Source of the DNA: Octopus sinensis
Taxonomy: Eukaryota
Assembly: GCF_006345805.1 (NCBI RefSeq)
Contig: NC_043004.1
Location: forward strand, 52,824,001-52,888,000
Reading direction: 5' to 3'
DNA: 64,000 nucleotides
Shown here piece by piece: positions 1 through 11,740 of the stretch; within the stretch, counting starts at the first letter, position 1; each line of letters starts with the position of its first letter. The notes under the pieces were generated by a model. The model saw only the letters and a list, made by a program, of their open reading frames with translations, searched no databases and had not been told where the DNA came from. A program made the translations under genes and the position numbers.

Positions 1-3000
1 CATTCCAAAGCCTCGTTTTCATTCCAAAGCCTCGTTTTCATTCCAATGCCCAGTTTTCATTCCAAAGCCTCGTTTTCATTCCAAAGCCTCGTTTTCATTC
101 CAAAGCCTCGTTTTCTTTCCAAAGCCTTGTTTTTATTCCAAAGACTCGTTTTCATTCCAAAGCCTTGTTTTCATTCCAAAGCCTTGTTTTCATTCCAAAG
201 CCTCGTTTTCATTCCAAAGCCTCGTTTTCATTCCAAAGCCTCGTTTTCATTCCAAAGCCTCGTTTTCATTCTAAAGCCTCGTTTTCATTCTACAGCCTCG
301 TTTTCATTCCATAGCCTCGTTTTCATTTCAAAGCCTCGTTTTCATTCCAAAGCCTTGTTTTCATTCCAAAGCCTTGTTTTCAATCCAAAGCCTTGTTTTC
401 ATTCTAAAGCCTCGTTTTTATTCCAAAGCCTTGTTTTCATTCCAAAGCCTCGTTTTCATTCCAAAGCCTTGTTTTCATTCCAAAGCCTTGTTTTCATTCC
501 AAAGCCTCGTTTTCAATCCAAAGCCTCGTTTTCATTCTAAAGCCTCGTTTTCATTCCAATGCCTCGTTTTCATTCCAAAGCTTCGTTTTCTTCCAAAGCC
601 TCGTTTTCATTCCAAAGCCTCGTTTTCTTCCAAAGCCTCGTTTTTATTTTAAAGCCTTGTTTTTATTCCAAAGCCTTGTTTTCATTCCAAAGTCTCGTTT
701 TCATTCCATTGCCTTGTTTTCATTCCAAAGCCTTGTTTTCATTCCAAAGCCTCGTTTTCAATCCAAAGCCTTGTTTTCATTCAAAAGCCTTTCTTCATTC
801 TAATCCCTCATTTTCATTCCAAAGCCTCGTTCTCAATCTTAAGCCTCGTTTTCATTCCACATTCTAAAGCCTCGTTTTCATTCCAAAGCCTGTTTTCATT
901 CCAAAGCTTTTTTTCATTCCAAAGCCTTGTTTTCGGTTTAAAGCCTCGTTTTCATTCCAAAGCCTTGTTTTCATTCTAAAGCCTCGTTTTCGCTCCCAAG
1001 CCTTGTTCTCATTGTAATGTTCGTTTTCATTCCAATGCCTTGTTTTCATTCCGAAAGCCTTTTTTCTTTTTAACCCTTGTTTTTATTCCACAGCCTCATT
1101 TTCAATCTAAAGCCTCGTTTTAATTCCAAAGCTTCGTGTTCGTTCCAAAAGCTACGTTTTCTTTGCAATGCCTTGTTTTCATTCCAAAGCCTCGTTTCCG
1201 TTGCAAAGCCTTGTTTTTATTCTAAATCCTCATTTTCATTCCAAAGCCTCGTTTTCATTCCAAAACCTCATTTTCATTCTAAAGACTCGTCTTCATTCTA
1301 AAGCATCCTTTTCATTCCATAGCCTCGTTTTCATTTCAATGTCTCGTTTTCATTCCAAGGTCTTGCTTTCATACCAAATCCTCGTTTTCATTCCAAAGCC
1401 TCGTTTTCATTCCAAAGCCTCGTTTACATTCTAAGCCTCATTTTCATTCAAACAACTCGTTTTCATTCTAAAGCCTCGTTTTCATTCCAATGACCTGTTT
1501 TCATTCTAAAACCTCGTTTTCATTCCAAAGGCTTGTTTTCATTCCAAAGCCTTATTTTCATTCTAAAACCTCATTGTTATTCCAAAGCCTCGTTTTCATT
1601 CTAAATCCTCGTTTTCATTCCAATGCCCAATTTTCATTCTATAGCCTCGTGTTCATTCCAAAGCCTTGTTTTCATTCCAAAGCCTCGTTTTCTTTCTAAA
1701 GCCTCGTTTTCATTCTAAAGCTTCGTTTTCATTCCAATGCCTTGATTTCATTCCAAAGCCTCGTTTTCATTGCAAAGCCTCGTTTTCATTCCAAACGTAT
1801 TTTTTCATTCTAAAGCCTCGTTTTCATTCCAAAGCCTCGTTTTCATTCCAAAGCCACGTCTTCATTCTAAAGCCTCATTTTCATTCCAAAACCTCGTTTT
1901 CATTCTAAAGGCTCGTTTTCATTCCAATGCCTCTTTTTCATTCCAAAGCCTCGTTTTCATTCCTAAGCCTAGTTTTCATTCCAAAGTCTTGTTTTCATAC
2001 CAAATCTCGTTTTCATTCCAAAGCCTCGTTTTCATTCCATAGCCTCGTTTACATTCTAAAGCCTCATTTTCATTCCAATGCCTCGTTTTCATTCCAAAGC
2101 CTCGTTTTCATTCCAATGCCCAGTTTTCATTCCAAAGCCTCGTTTACATTCCAAAGCCTCGTTTTCATACCAAAGTCTCGTTTTCTTTCCAAAGCCTTGT
2201 TTTTATTCCAAAAACTCGTTTTCATTCCAAAGCCTTGTTTTCATTCCAAAGCCTTGTGTTCATTCCAAAGCCTCGTTTTCATTCCAAAGCCTCGTTTTCA
2301 TTCCAAAGCTTCGTTTTCTTTCAAAGCCTCGTTTTCATTCTAAAGCCTCGTTTTATTTCTACAGCCTTGTTTTCATTCCATAGCCTCGTTTTCATTTCAA
2401 AGCCTCGTTTTCATTCCAAAGCCTTGTTTTCATTCCAAAGCCTTGTTTTCAATCCAAAGCCTTGTTTTCATTCTAAAGCCTCGTTTTTATTCCAAAGCCT
2501 TGTTTTCATTCCAAAGTCTCGTTTTCATTCCATTGCCTTGTTTTCATTCCAAAGCCTTGTTTTCATTCCAAAGCCTCGTTTTCAATCCAAAGCCTCGTTT
2601 TCATTCTAAAGCCTCGTTTTCATTCCAATGCCTCGTTTTCATTCCAAAGCTTCGTTTTCATTCCAAAGCCTCATTTTCATTCCAAAGCCTCGTTTTCTTT
2701 CCAAAGCCTCGTTTTTATTTTAAAGCCTTGTTTTTATTCCAAAGCCTTGTTTTCATTTGAAAGCCTCGTTTTCATTTCAAAGCCTTGTTGTCATTCTAAA
2801 GCCTCGTTTTCATTCTAAAGCCTCGTTTTCATTCCAATGCCTCGTTTTCATTCCAAAGCCTCGTTTTCGTTCCAAAGCCTCATTTTCATTCCAAATCCTC
2901 GTTTTCATTCCAAAGCCTCGTTTTCATTCCAAAGCCTCGTTTTTATTCTAAAGCCTTGTATTTATTCCAAAGCCTTGTTTTCATTTTAAAGCCTCGTTTT

Positions 3001-3078
3001 CATTCCAAAGCCTTGTTTTCATTCTAAAGCCTCCTTTTCATTCTAAAGCCTTGTTTTCATTCCAAAGCCTTGTTTTCA
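1..3078. repeat. 19-bp tandem satellite, consensus CATTCCAAAGCCTCGTTTT, roughly 160 monomers, truncated by the window start
   Basis: The tandem array is read directly, with recurrent variants (CCTTG, TCTAAA, CCAATG). It ends abruptly at ~3078. All ORFs in 46-2951 are translations of it. Confidence 0.97.
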
Positions 3079-3739
3079 TAACAAAAAGTGAAATTGACTG
3101 AAAGAACGGAATATTCATATGTGCCGCATACATATTCGTATATACGTACACACACATGGGCACAGAATGGTCAACGTCTGCTTTTGTACGTCGCACTTTT
3201 GTTGCTCCTTGTGTCTTGTAAGTATATGTATATGTTTATATATGCGTGCGTAAACGTGTGTCTGTGAGCATCCAAAATACATACACGAATGCAAATTACT
3301 TTGCGCTGAAGACAGACATACTGTCAAACAGGCGGTCGAATAGATATGAAAACAAACCGTCATAGAGATGTCTGAAATACGGTTGTATTGGAAAATCTCG
3401 GGAATTAAAATCTGTCAAAGATTAAAGATCAGAATAGCAAGTCATAAGTTACAGTTTACTGTTATAAAATGCCGTTAGATTGTTAGTCATAATTCCACAT
3501 TTTACACAGTTTTTATGACAGCAATGAATGTGAGAGTCATAAAACAACAAAACAATGTGTAAGTAAAATATAATCATATTTTATCGATATTAGTGATGAT
3601 ATTGATAAAGAAATATGTTGGCTGGTTATAACAATATGAGCAGCAATGCATATATAAATATGCACTACGCACACATATTTATACATGCAAGCATGTATGT
3701 ATGTATACATAATCTAATATTCTTGTTTGTGTGTGCATA

Positions 3740-4062
3740 TAATATGTGTATGTATACATATGTATATATAAGTATATATATACATATTTATATGTATATA
3801 TGTATCTATCTATCTATCTATATATATGTATGTATGTATGCATGTATGCATATATATATATATATACAATCAGTACAAACATGAACAAGCAAGGAAAAAC
3901 AACGTGAGGACATATATATATATATATAATACTATATATATATGTATATATATATATATATAATACTATATATATATATAAATATACTCATGCATTTATA
4001 TATTTATATATATATGTATATACATATACATGGCTGTATGTAAATACAGGCTCACACACATA

Positions 4063-4117
<55 letters not shown>

Positions 4118-4135
4118 TATATACATATTTACAAA
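3740..4135. repeat. (TA)n/(TATG)n microsatellite cluster
   Basis: Direct reading. Confidence 0.9.
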
Positions 4136-4544
4136 TATATATGTATCTCTATCAATGTGTGTATACATGAATGTATGAAAAAGTTATAGCGTGCGTGAGA
4201 GAGAGGGAGGGAGAGAGAAAGAGAGTGTGAATGACATTAGAAGTGAACGAGAGCGCGTTAGTCAATTATATTTTATGTCTTAATCAATATGATATTATTA
4301 TTCGGAATGTAATGAAGATTATTTTTACTACCTCGCTGGCTGATCTGATTCTTTCTACAATCCTTATTGCTATCCTTCTTCTGTTTCATTGCATTCCTTC
4401 TCCTCCGCCTTTTCCCCTGCACCTCCTTCTCATCATCATCCTCATTACCCACCACCTCCTCCTCCTCCTGCTCTTCTTCCCTGTCTTCCCTGCCTGCTTT
4501 TCTGTATTTCTTGTGCTGGCGTTATTATCGTTGTGAGGTTTCGT

Positions 4545-4690
4545 TCTTTTAATTTTGTTTTACAATTCTTGCCGAGTGTCTTCCCGACACATAGGGTACA
4601 GAACCTACTGTATACAGTGATAGGCCATCAAACTAAAGATACCAGATTGTTTATTATCAGAACGAAACGAATTTATGTGAAAATAAAGGT
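4545..4690 (-). mobile_element. Isolated 3' UTR of an R4/Dong-like retrotransposon (diverged subfamily)
   Basis: The reverse complement reads ATGGCCTATC...CCCTATGTGTCGGGAAGACACTCGGCAAGAA, matching the 3' UTR of the Dong copies at ~16080-16145 and ~21250-21315. Confidence 0.75.
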
Positions 4691-4691
4691 A

Positions 4692-6426
4692 AAGAAAGCC
4701 TTCGATAGGGTGAACCATCGTTACCTGGCGTCTGTGCTCGCACAGTTCGGGCTGCGTACTGGTTTCCTCGGGTGGATTATACAGTTGTACGACAACATCG
4801 ACTCGATCGTTCGGGTGAACGGTCTACTTTCTAGGCCATTCCGCATCAAACAGTCAGTTCGTCAAGGGTGTCCGCTCTCCCCGCTTTTATATGTGATGGC
4901 TCTCGAGCCATTACTGCGAAAGCTGAGCGTCATCCCGACGAATCCGGGAGGCGGAGGTTCTGTTACTGCGTATGCGGACGACATCACCATCATCGTGACC
5001 AAGGTGGAACTCCTACAGAATGTAGGAAACACCATCAAGGAGTACGAGACGGTAACAGGAGCAACTCGGCACCTGGGTTGCAAGCCGATGCCTTCAAACA
5101 GCATCGTGGGATGCTGGACTGAGGGCCCGGTTAAATTGCTAGGGGTCTGGTTTGGTCCAGGCCTCCAGATAGAAAAGAACTGGTCTGAGGTCACGAGCAA
5201 GGTGGCTCACGCGGTCAAGACTTGGTCTTGGCGGTGGCTATCCTTGAAAGGGAGGGCGGAGGGGGCTAATATGTTCATGGCATCGGTCATCATATACCGC
5301 CTAACCGTCGTCCCCTGTCCGGATTCGTGGGTGAACAAGTTGGAGAGGCAAATCTTTCGCTTTTTGAGGAAGGGTTCCACTCCTCTTGTGAGACGTTCTA
5401 TCTGATGTGAAAAGCCGTTAAAGGGTGGGTTAGGGATGCCTTGGCTGTTGATGCGCAGACTAAGATCAAGTATGTGGTATTCGGAGTGCCGGAAGGCTCC
5501 CTTACACTTCCGCAGCTCGGGCAATGCCGGTGGCTTTGGTACCACCGCAGCGTTCTATAGCAGGTTGGTAGAGGCTGGAAATGGCGATACCCTGGTAAGG
5601 ACCCTGGGTCTCGATGGTAATCAGTTGGACAGCCTGTTCCAAAGGACATTCAGACCAGGGACGCTGGATAACTTTCAGAAGTCCCTGGCCTGGCAGTGTT
5701 ACAGAGGAGCCTTACCCGTTCGAGATAAACTCACAAGGCACGGTTACAGTGGCCCTTCGGCCTGTCCAAGATGCGGGCAGGATGTGGAAACAGTCCTGCA
5801 CGCCATTGTTCAGTGTCCGGAAATTTCGGAAGTGTGGGTTTATGCCGAACACCTGTTGTCGGACGGAGGAAGAGTACAGCTGTCGTCTGAGTCAATCTTA
5901 AAAATGACCCGCCTGGTTTCATGACGAACGAAGGTAAGCATTGCTTTTTCGTGATAGTAGCAGTTGCGAAAGAGGTTATATGGAAGACTAGAGTGAAAGG
6001 TATAATGTCAGACACCATGATCTCTGGCACCGCCCTAACGAACTTCTTCAGATTCCATCTGAAAAGGAAAGTGGGGCTAGAGAAAAGGTGTCTGTCAGAG
6101 TCTGTATTCAAAAAAAGATGGATGCGTGTAGCACGGATGCTAGGTGTGAAAGGCCCTGCATGAACACGCCATGATCACCTACCAAAAGGTTTCAGTTGAA
6201 ATAGCAGGGCTCGTGGGGTCGGCTACCCTGTTCTTTTAACTTCATTTGTCTCTTTTTGTTTGTTTGTTCTTATTCAATTTCATTTTCCTTATAACTCCAT
6301 TGTAAATAACCCATCCGATTTCACTGTAAATAATCCATCCGATTTCATTGTAAAAAGTTCCATTTTTGACCCCAAATCATTGTGTTGTCCCCATCTGTGT
6401 TAATCGTTATGGATAATAAAGAAATT
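4692..6426 (+). mobile_element. 5'-truncated L1/Tx1-clade LINE (RT + zf-RVT), disrupted
   Basis: RT motifs KAFDRVNH, RQGCPLSPLLY, YADD and KLLGVWF. C-terminal CPRCG..ETVLHAIVQCP zinc finger. Stops and frameshifts split it into ORFs 4389-5405, 5436-5924 and 5921-6163. The 3' UTR has a 24-bp tandem duplication (6301-6352) and AATAAA at ~6415. Confidence 0.9.
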
Positions 6427-6555
6427 TCAAAGTATCAACATAAACCAAACCAACCACACCACAACAACAAAAAGCAGCAACAAACTTCAAAACAAAAGAA
6501 TGAAGCATATTAACGCGGTCATCAATACCACTAACACACTAACAACAGCAGCAGC

Positions 6556-6568
6556 TGTAACAACAACA

Positions 6569-6630
<62 letters not shown>

Positions 6631-6640
6631 AGCAGCAACA
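6556..6640. repeat. (CAA)n/(CTA)n microsatellite
   Basis: Direct reading. Confidence 0.9.
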
Positions 6641-6847
6641 ACGACGACATGAACATCAATACTAACTCTAAAACGACCGCAAAACCAGAACTGTCGTTTG
6701 CCTAGCAAAACACAAGCTTGGGCTAATAAAGCGTCGGAAAACAACTCGGACTTCAACGCGAGGCATCGGCACTGCTTGGCCAGGCCGGATCTGATCGTAC
6801 TTCCCCAGGAAGGAAAATAAGATAAGAAGGAGGACGCTCATCTACAA

Positions 6848-7920
6848 ATGTATCAACAAGCTGAGGAATGCTTGAAGGTTCGGGAATCAGTGTGGCATCT
6901 AAGAAAGGGAAAACTATTTAGAACGGTAGAAGTCCTCTGCCCTAACGAAGTGGAGATAAAAACAGTCACGGATTCTTGCCTCTCTAAGGAACAGTTCCTC
7001 ATACCGTTTTATTTAGGAAAACGTTTATGTAGGGAGACATTAAATAATCTGCCTTCGGAAATGAACCTCAATTACTTTAGAATGATGTTAGAAGAGGTGT
7101 ACGGAGAGATTGTGAATATGAGAGCTACTCCGTACAAAATATTGGCTGCACCTGTGGAAATTTTAAAGTTTAGTGAAAATTTTAAAATTTGGTGTATTGA
7201 TATAATTTTCCATGCTGAATCTCAAGAGCTAATTCAAATTTTCGAGAAAATTTTTTATAAAAGCTACAAAGATTTAAAATTTGATCATTTTTACCGTCAG
7301 AAAACGGGATTTGGGAGCTGTTATTTTGTGCATGACGTCACGTGTAGTCAACTGTAAACAAATGACCTTCTCATACCTCATGTGTTTTAAGCATACCTCA
7401 TGTGTTTTAAGCATTTAATAAGCGAAAAATGACCACGTGCCTAAGCAACTTGGCAACATCTTGGCTTGTTATTATGGAAACAGACACCACCTATATGTCT
7501 GTGGCTTTCGACTGGCTAAAATTACATAACATTCTCAAATCTTAAAAGTTATTAATGCTTATTTATTAATTTATGGCGAAAATGAATTTCATGTAGGTGA
7601 TTACCATACCAAACTACAGCGAAATCATTTGGAACAAAAGTTGAAGAAATTGAGAAGTGGCAGCCAATCAGAAAAGATTGAGCTGAGCTTCAAATACGGC
7701 TAACCCGAACAGAAACTTACAAAAATTTCCGAGCTCAGTCGTTAAAAAAGTTGAGGAGCCGGTAAGACTTCTAGTAGAAGGAAGGCGGTCCAAGTGTTAC
7801 TCACATGGGGTCACAGTACACCAGAAAGCGCTCTGTCCCCGTGAGAAATAACAAAACCTCATTTACTGCCCATTCCAAAGAAAAAATATCATCAAAGCCA
7901 GCACCAACATCAGGAACTCA
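6848..7920 (+). mobile_element. Degenerate ORF1-like region of a second L1/Tx1-like LINE, interrupted by a TIR element
   Basis: The ORF 6848-7140 portion resumes after 7668 with VEGRRSKCYSHG, which resembles a decayed zinc-knuckle start. It lies upstream of a Tx1-like ORF2 remnant. Confidence 0.4.
7144..7665. mobile_element. Non-autonomous DNA transposon (MITE-like)
   Basis: Inverted termini GGCTGC(A)C ... GTGGCAGCC flanked by ATT/AAT. AT-rich interior with a 20-bp tandem duplication at ~7372-7414. It interrupts the LINE ORF1-like sequence. Confidence 0.5.
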
Positions 7921-7923
<3 letters not shown>

Positions 7924-8012
<89 letters not shown>

Positions 8013-8022
8013 ACACACACAC
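7924..8022. repeat. (CA)n microsatellite
   Basis: Direct reading. Confidence 0.95.
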
Positions 8023-8149
8023 AGAGTTAACGAAAAGAAAATGGTAGAATCCAAAGAGAGGCAAATGGTATCCAGAAAGGCGCCGCTGTGGTTTCTGTTC
8101 ATAAGACACACATTTCCACATCTCACCTCTTTGAAGATACGGCAATCCT

Positions 8150-8830
8150 GGTTAAGAAAAGACCAAGATTAGGCATCTGGCATCAGAAATGTCGCAATGG
8201 CGCTCACTGCTCTCTAGCAGTCAGGTAATACGATCGGTAGAAATTCTACAGTAAGAATATATATAAAAGTCTAGTGGTGTGTGTGAGCGATAACATTTTC
8301 GGAGCAACTCTAGGCGTCAATAAGGGTGAACTAGCTGGTCTGTTTCCGTTGGACCTTCAGGCCCAGTTCTGCTACCATGGATAACTTCCAGAGGTTCCTG
8401 GCCTGGCAATGTTATCAAGAGCACTGACTGTTCGAGACAAACTCCGCAGGTGTGGAAGCACTGTCAGGCGGATCTTTGCGAGATACGCGCAGATCGGCGA
8501 AACTCTTCTACGTGTACTGTTGCAGTGTCCGAGTATTTCTGAATTGTGGAGTTATGTCGAACAGCTATTATCACATAAGTCGAATCCGATTATCAGCCGA
8601 ATCCATCGTGAGGATCGCCCCACCACCCATTTTTAATAAGGCAAGGCAGGCAGTGGAAAAGGAGGTTGTGCGGTGGACGAAGCTGGAAAGATTGGAAAGA
8701 GTCAACCTATCATCGACTTTTTAAGGTTCCACCAGGAAAGTAAATTGAGGAAGGAGAGGGAACTGCTAACTCACAGTGAATTTATGAAAAGATGATTGTG
8801 ACAAAAATAGTTATAGTGTATGGTCCAGCT
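8150..8830 (+). mobile_element. Degenerate 3' part of a Tx1-like ORF2 (zf-RVT region)
   Basis: MDNFQRFLAWQCY, ALTVRDKL and ETLLRVLLQCPSISELWSYVEQLLS are homologous to the translation of 5660-5900. Confidence 0.75.
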
Positions 8831-8834
8831 ATAA

Positions 8835-9058
8835 GTGGAATGGAAGCACTCCGTCGGTAACAACGACGAGGGTTCCGGTTGATCCGATTAACGGAACAGC
8901 CTGCTCGTGAAATTAACGTGTAAGTGGCTGAGCACTCCACAGACACGTGTACCCTTAACGTAGTTCTCGGAGATATTCAGCGTGACACAGAGAGTGACAA
9001 GGCCGGCCCTTTGAAATACAGGTATAACAGAAACAGGAAGTAAGAGTGAGAGAAAGTT
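8835..9058 (-). mobile_element. 3' half of a SINE (Nin-domain-like centre, (TTCCA)n tail)
   Basis: The minus strand starts AACTTTCTCTCACTCT, shared with the SINE at 42693-42990, and ends CCGACGGAGTGCTTCCATTCCA. The domain name comes from recall only. Confidence 0.6.
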
Positions 9059-9059
9059 T

Positions 9060-9152
9060 TTTAATGGCCCACCAATGTATAGAATGTGTTTCTCTGCCCT
9101 AGTTGTCAGGAAGACACTCGGCAAGAAACAGAAACAGAATTGAAAGAAGCTG
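9060..9152 (+). mobile_element. Isolated Dong-like 3' UTR followed by (TAA)n
   Basis: TTAATGGCCCACCAATGTATA...GCCCTAGTTGTCAGGAAGACACTCGGCAAGAAA, then a TAA tract. Confidence 0.75.
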
Positions 9153-9175
9153 ATAATATAATAATAATAATAATA

Positions 9176-9222
<47 letters not shown>

Positions 9223-9380
9223 GTAATAATAATAATAATAATAAAAAGAAGAAGAAGGGAAAGGAAAAGGAGACGAAGAAGAAGAAGAAGAAGAAGGGGA
9301 AGAAGAAGAAGAAGAAGAAGAAGAAGAAGAAGAAGAAGAAGAAGAAGAAGAAGAAGAAGAAGAAGAAGAAGAAGAAGAAG

Positions 9381-9410
<30 letters not shown>
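9153..9410. repeat. (TAA)n then (GAA)n microsatellites
   Basis: Direct reading. Confidence 0.95.
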
Positions 9411-9411
<1 letters not shown>

Positions 9412-9648
9412 GTCTTAAGTAACAGTCACCTCGAGCGTACGATTTATCATGATTTATAAGAAATATGATATATTAATTCTGCTTCCAATTTATATAAAAA
9501 GATGACAGTTCCTTGATGGGTGGGCTGAATACTTATGTCTTGGAATATATTTCTTTGAATAATTAATAAGTTTGGCTTTTTTTCGCCATTCTACGATCTA
9601 AAGTGCAAAATGTCTGTGAATCTACGCGTGTATAATATATGTATCTAA

Positions 9649-9652
<4 letters not shown>

Positions 9653-9729
<77 letters not shown>

Positions 9730-9746
9730 GTCTATCTATCTATCTG

Positions 9747-9782
<36 letters not shown>

Positions 9783-9795
9783 CCTATCTATCTAT
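9653..9795. repeat. (CTAT)n microsatellite
   Basis: Direct reading. Confidence 0.95.
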
Positions 9796-10467
9796 TAAAC
9801 CATCTCTCTTGTTCTGTGTGTGTGTGTGTGTATTCATATATATACATATGTATGTATATAACATCATAGTTTAGAAATGTACACACATACATACACACAT
9901 ACACACACGCACGCTGGCGCGCATAGATATTGAACAAATTTACATTAAGAAGTGGAACTTGTTATTTCCTGTAAGTCATCCCGCCTAATGGTCACGGCAG
10001 AAAAAGTGGAGGATGGAGAGAGAGATGCTCTGGACCACCCACTGCGACTCAATAGCGGTAAGCAGGAATATTGCCCGTTAGCCGAGAACCGCGGAGGACT
10101 CCACTGTCACCGGCTCGACCACAAACCTATCAGCAGGTTTTATTTGATGAATCAATCATAATTTTGCTAACAAGCGTTCAGATATTGTACAAGTCAATTT
10201 TTCGAACTCCTGAAGGTGCGATTGATGCCAAAGTTGGACTAACACTCAAATTAGTACCATTTAACAAGATGCTTCTAGTGCCTGCGCAAACACATATACA
10301 TACATACATACATACATACATACATACATACATACATACATACATACATACATAATACATACATACATACATACATACATACATACGTATGTACGTGTGA
10401 CTGAGTAATGTGTAAGTGTGTTTGTGCGAGTGTATGTGTGTGTGCATGTGTGAGTGTGTACATATCG

Positions 10468-10742
10468 GTGCAGGCGTTGGTGTGTGATAAGAAGTCAGCT
10501 TCCCAGTCACATGGTTCTGTGTTCAGCCCCAATGCATGGCTCTGTGGGCATGGCACTGTGGGCAAATGTCTTCTAGTTTAGCCTCGGGTCTACCAAAGAT
10601 TTATAAATCGTTTTCATATGTGTGTGTGTGCATCGCTGTGTCCCCTATCAACATGTGACTACCGGCGTTTCTTTCTTTACATTCCCATAACTTAGCAGTT
10701 CAGCAAAAGTAACCGACAGGATAAGTACCAAGCTTAAAAAGC
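10468..10742 (+). mobile_element. Diverged tRNA/CORE-like SINE (same family as 44368-44783)
   Basis: GGGCAAATGTCTTCT...AGCCTCGGG and AACTTAGCAGTTCAGCAAAA...GATAAGTAC match the reverse complement of the 44.4-44.8 kb copy. Confidence 0.7.
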
Positions 10743-10853
10743 CAAATGAAATACTATAGTCTATTCAGTTCTATACTTAAGAGATTAGGAATTATGTACG
10801 TTATTTACATTATTTACATATGGCAGATATTTGTCCTCATCTTCCTTGTTGTT

Positions 10854-10899
10854 AACACAACGTTTCAGCTGATATACTCTCCAGTCATCATCAGGTGTC
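10854..10899 (-). ncRNA. Minimal type I hammerhead ribozyme motif
   Basis: The minus strand reads GACAC-CUGAUGA-U-GACUG-GAGAGUAUAU-CAGCU-GAAA-CG-UU-GUGUU. The core is intact, stem I is GACAC/GUGUU, stem II has one mismatch, and stem III is the loopless palindrome AACGUU. Confidence 0.75.
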
Positions 10900-10948
10900 T
10901 TGGGGAAATTTTGAGCCTGGGTTCTCATTCCTAAAGTATTTTTGGGTG

Positions 10949-11000
<52 letters not shown>

Positions 11001-11632
11001 TTTTTTTTTTCTTCTTTCAAATTTTCTTCCATTTCTTGCCGAGTGTCTTCCCGACTCCTAGGGCAAAGAAACTCAAAGTATAAATTGGTAGGCCATTAAA
11101 CCAAACTCAGTAGTTCGTTCATTTTTTTTTAATTTAAAAAAAAATTTTTGTTTTTAAAGTTAAATTAAAATACATGAGCAGCAACAGTTCTCACATCGAC
11201 AATGCTCTTCTCAATACGTGTGATGTACCAGTTAAGACAATCTTTTGCACTTCTTGCAGGGATGGTAAGCCAGGGATGGTAAGCCAGGGATCATTCTCAT
11301 ATAATTTTCGGTTCCCTTCTTGATCATTGCTAGTGCTCCTACGATCACTGGTATTGTAACCGCCTTGAGATGCCACATTTTCTCAATTTCAATGAGTAGG
11401 TCTTTATATTTTCTGAGTTTGTCAAACTCTTTCGCTGAGATATTATGATCACAAGGGATGCTCATGTCGATCAATAAGCAAACTTTATTGTTTTGGTCTT
11501 TCACAACAATATCTGGTTTATTGGCCTTGATGGTTCGGTCTGTATGTACTGGAAAGTCCCACAGAATGGTTACATTTTCTCCGCCGGCTTATTAGCCAGT
11601 GGAGATATTGGCCAACTCTGTCATGTCTTAAT
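11001..11632 (-). mobile_element. 5'-truncated R4/Dong copy (RLE endonuclease end + 3' UTR) flanked by TAA tracts
   Basis: Near identical to 15530-16177 (KPDIVV, DMSIP, KLRKYKDL). It has an internal deletion at ~11582 and a 14-bp duplication at ~11258-11288. Confidence 0.92.
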
Positions 11633-11669
11633 TTTATTATTATTATTATTTTTATTATTATTATTACTA

Positions 11670-11739
11670 TTCAGGTCACTACCTGGAATCGAACTCGGAA
11701 TATTGGGGTTAGTAGCCCGCGCTCTTAACCACTACGCCA
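11670..11739 (-). promoter_or_regulatory. tRNA-derived Pol III promoter head (A and B box), left arm of inverted pair
   Basis: The minus strand reads TGGCGTAGTGG (A box) ... GAGTTCGATTCC (B box). It lacks the first ~7 nt seen in the right copy. Confidence 0.8.
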
Positions 11740-11740
11740 C

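Larger units (their letters stand above)
10765..11739 (-). mobile_element. tRNA-head/(TAA)n/hammerhead-tail SINE-like element, left copy, with a nested Dong fragment
   Basis: Minus-strand order: tRNA-like head (11739-11670), TAA tract (11669-11630), Dong 3' fragment, TAA tract (11000-10951), tail with hammerhead (10950-10765). Confidence 0.7.

Noticed and set aside
46-2951. Many overlapping ORFs with FHSKASFSFQSLVFIPKPR repeats
   Set aside because: They are translations of the 19-bp satellite, whose consensus lacks stops on the plus strand. There is no frame-specific conservation.
1-3078. CRISPR-like regular repeats
   Set aside because: The monomers abut with no unique spacers, there are no cas genes, and the context is eukaryotic.
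4389-5405. 338-aa ORF as a domesticated RT fusion gene
   Set aside because: The N-terminus is low-complexity DNA plus an antisense Dong 3' UTR. The RT is 5'-truncated with an internal deletion and a premature stop.
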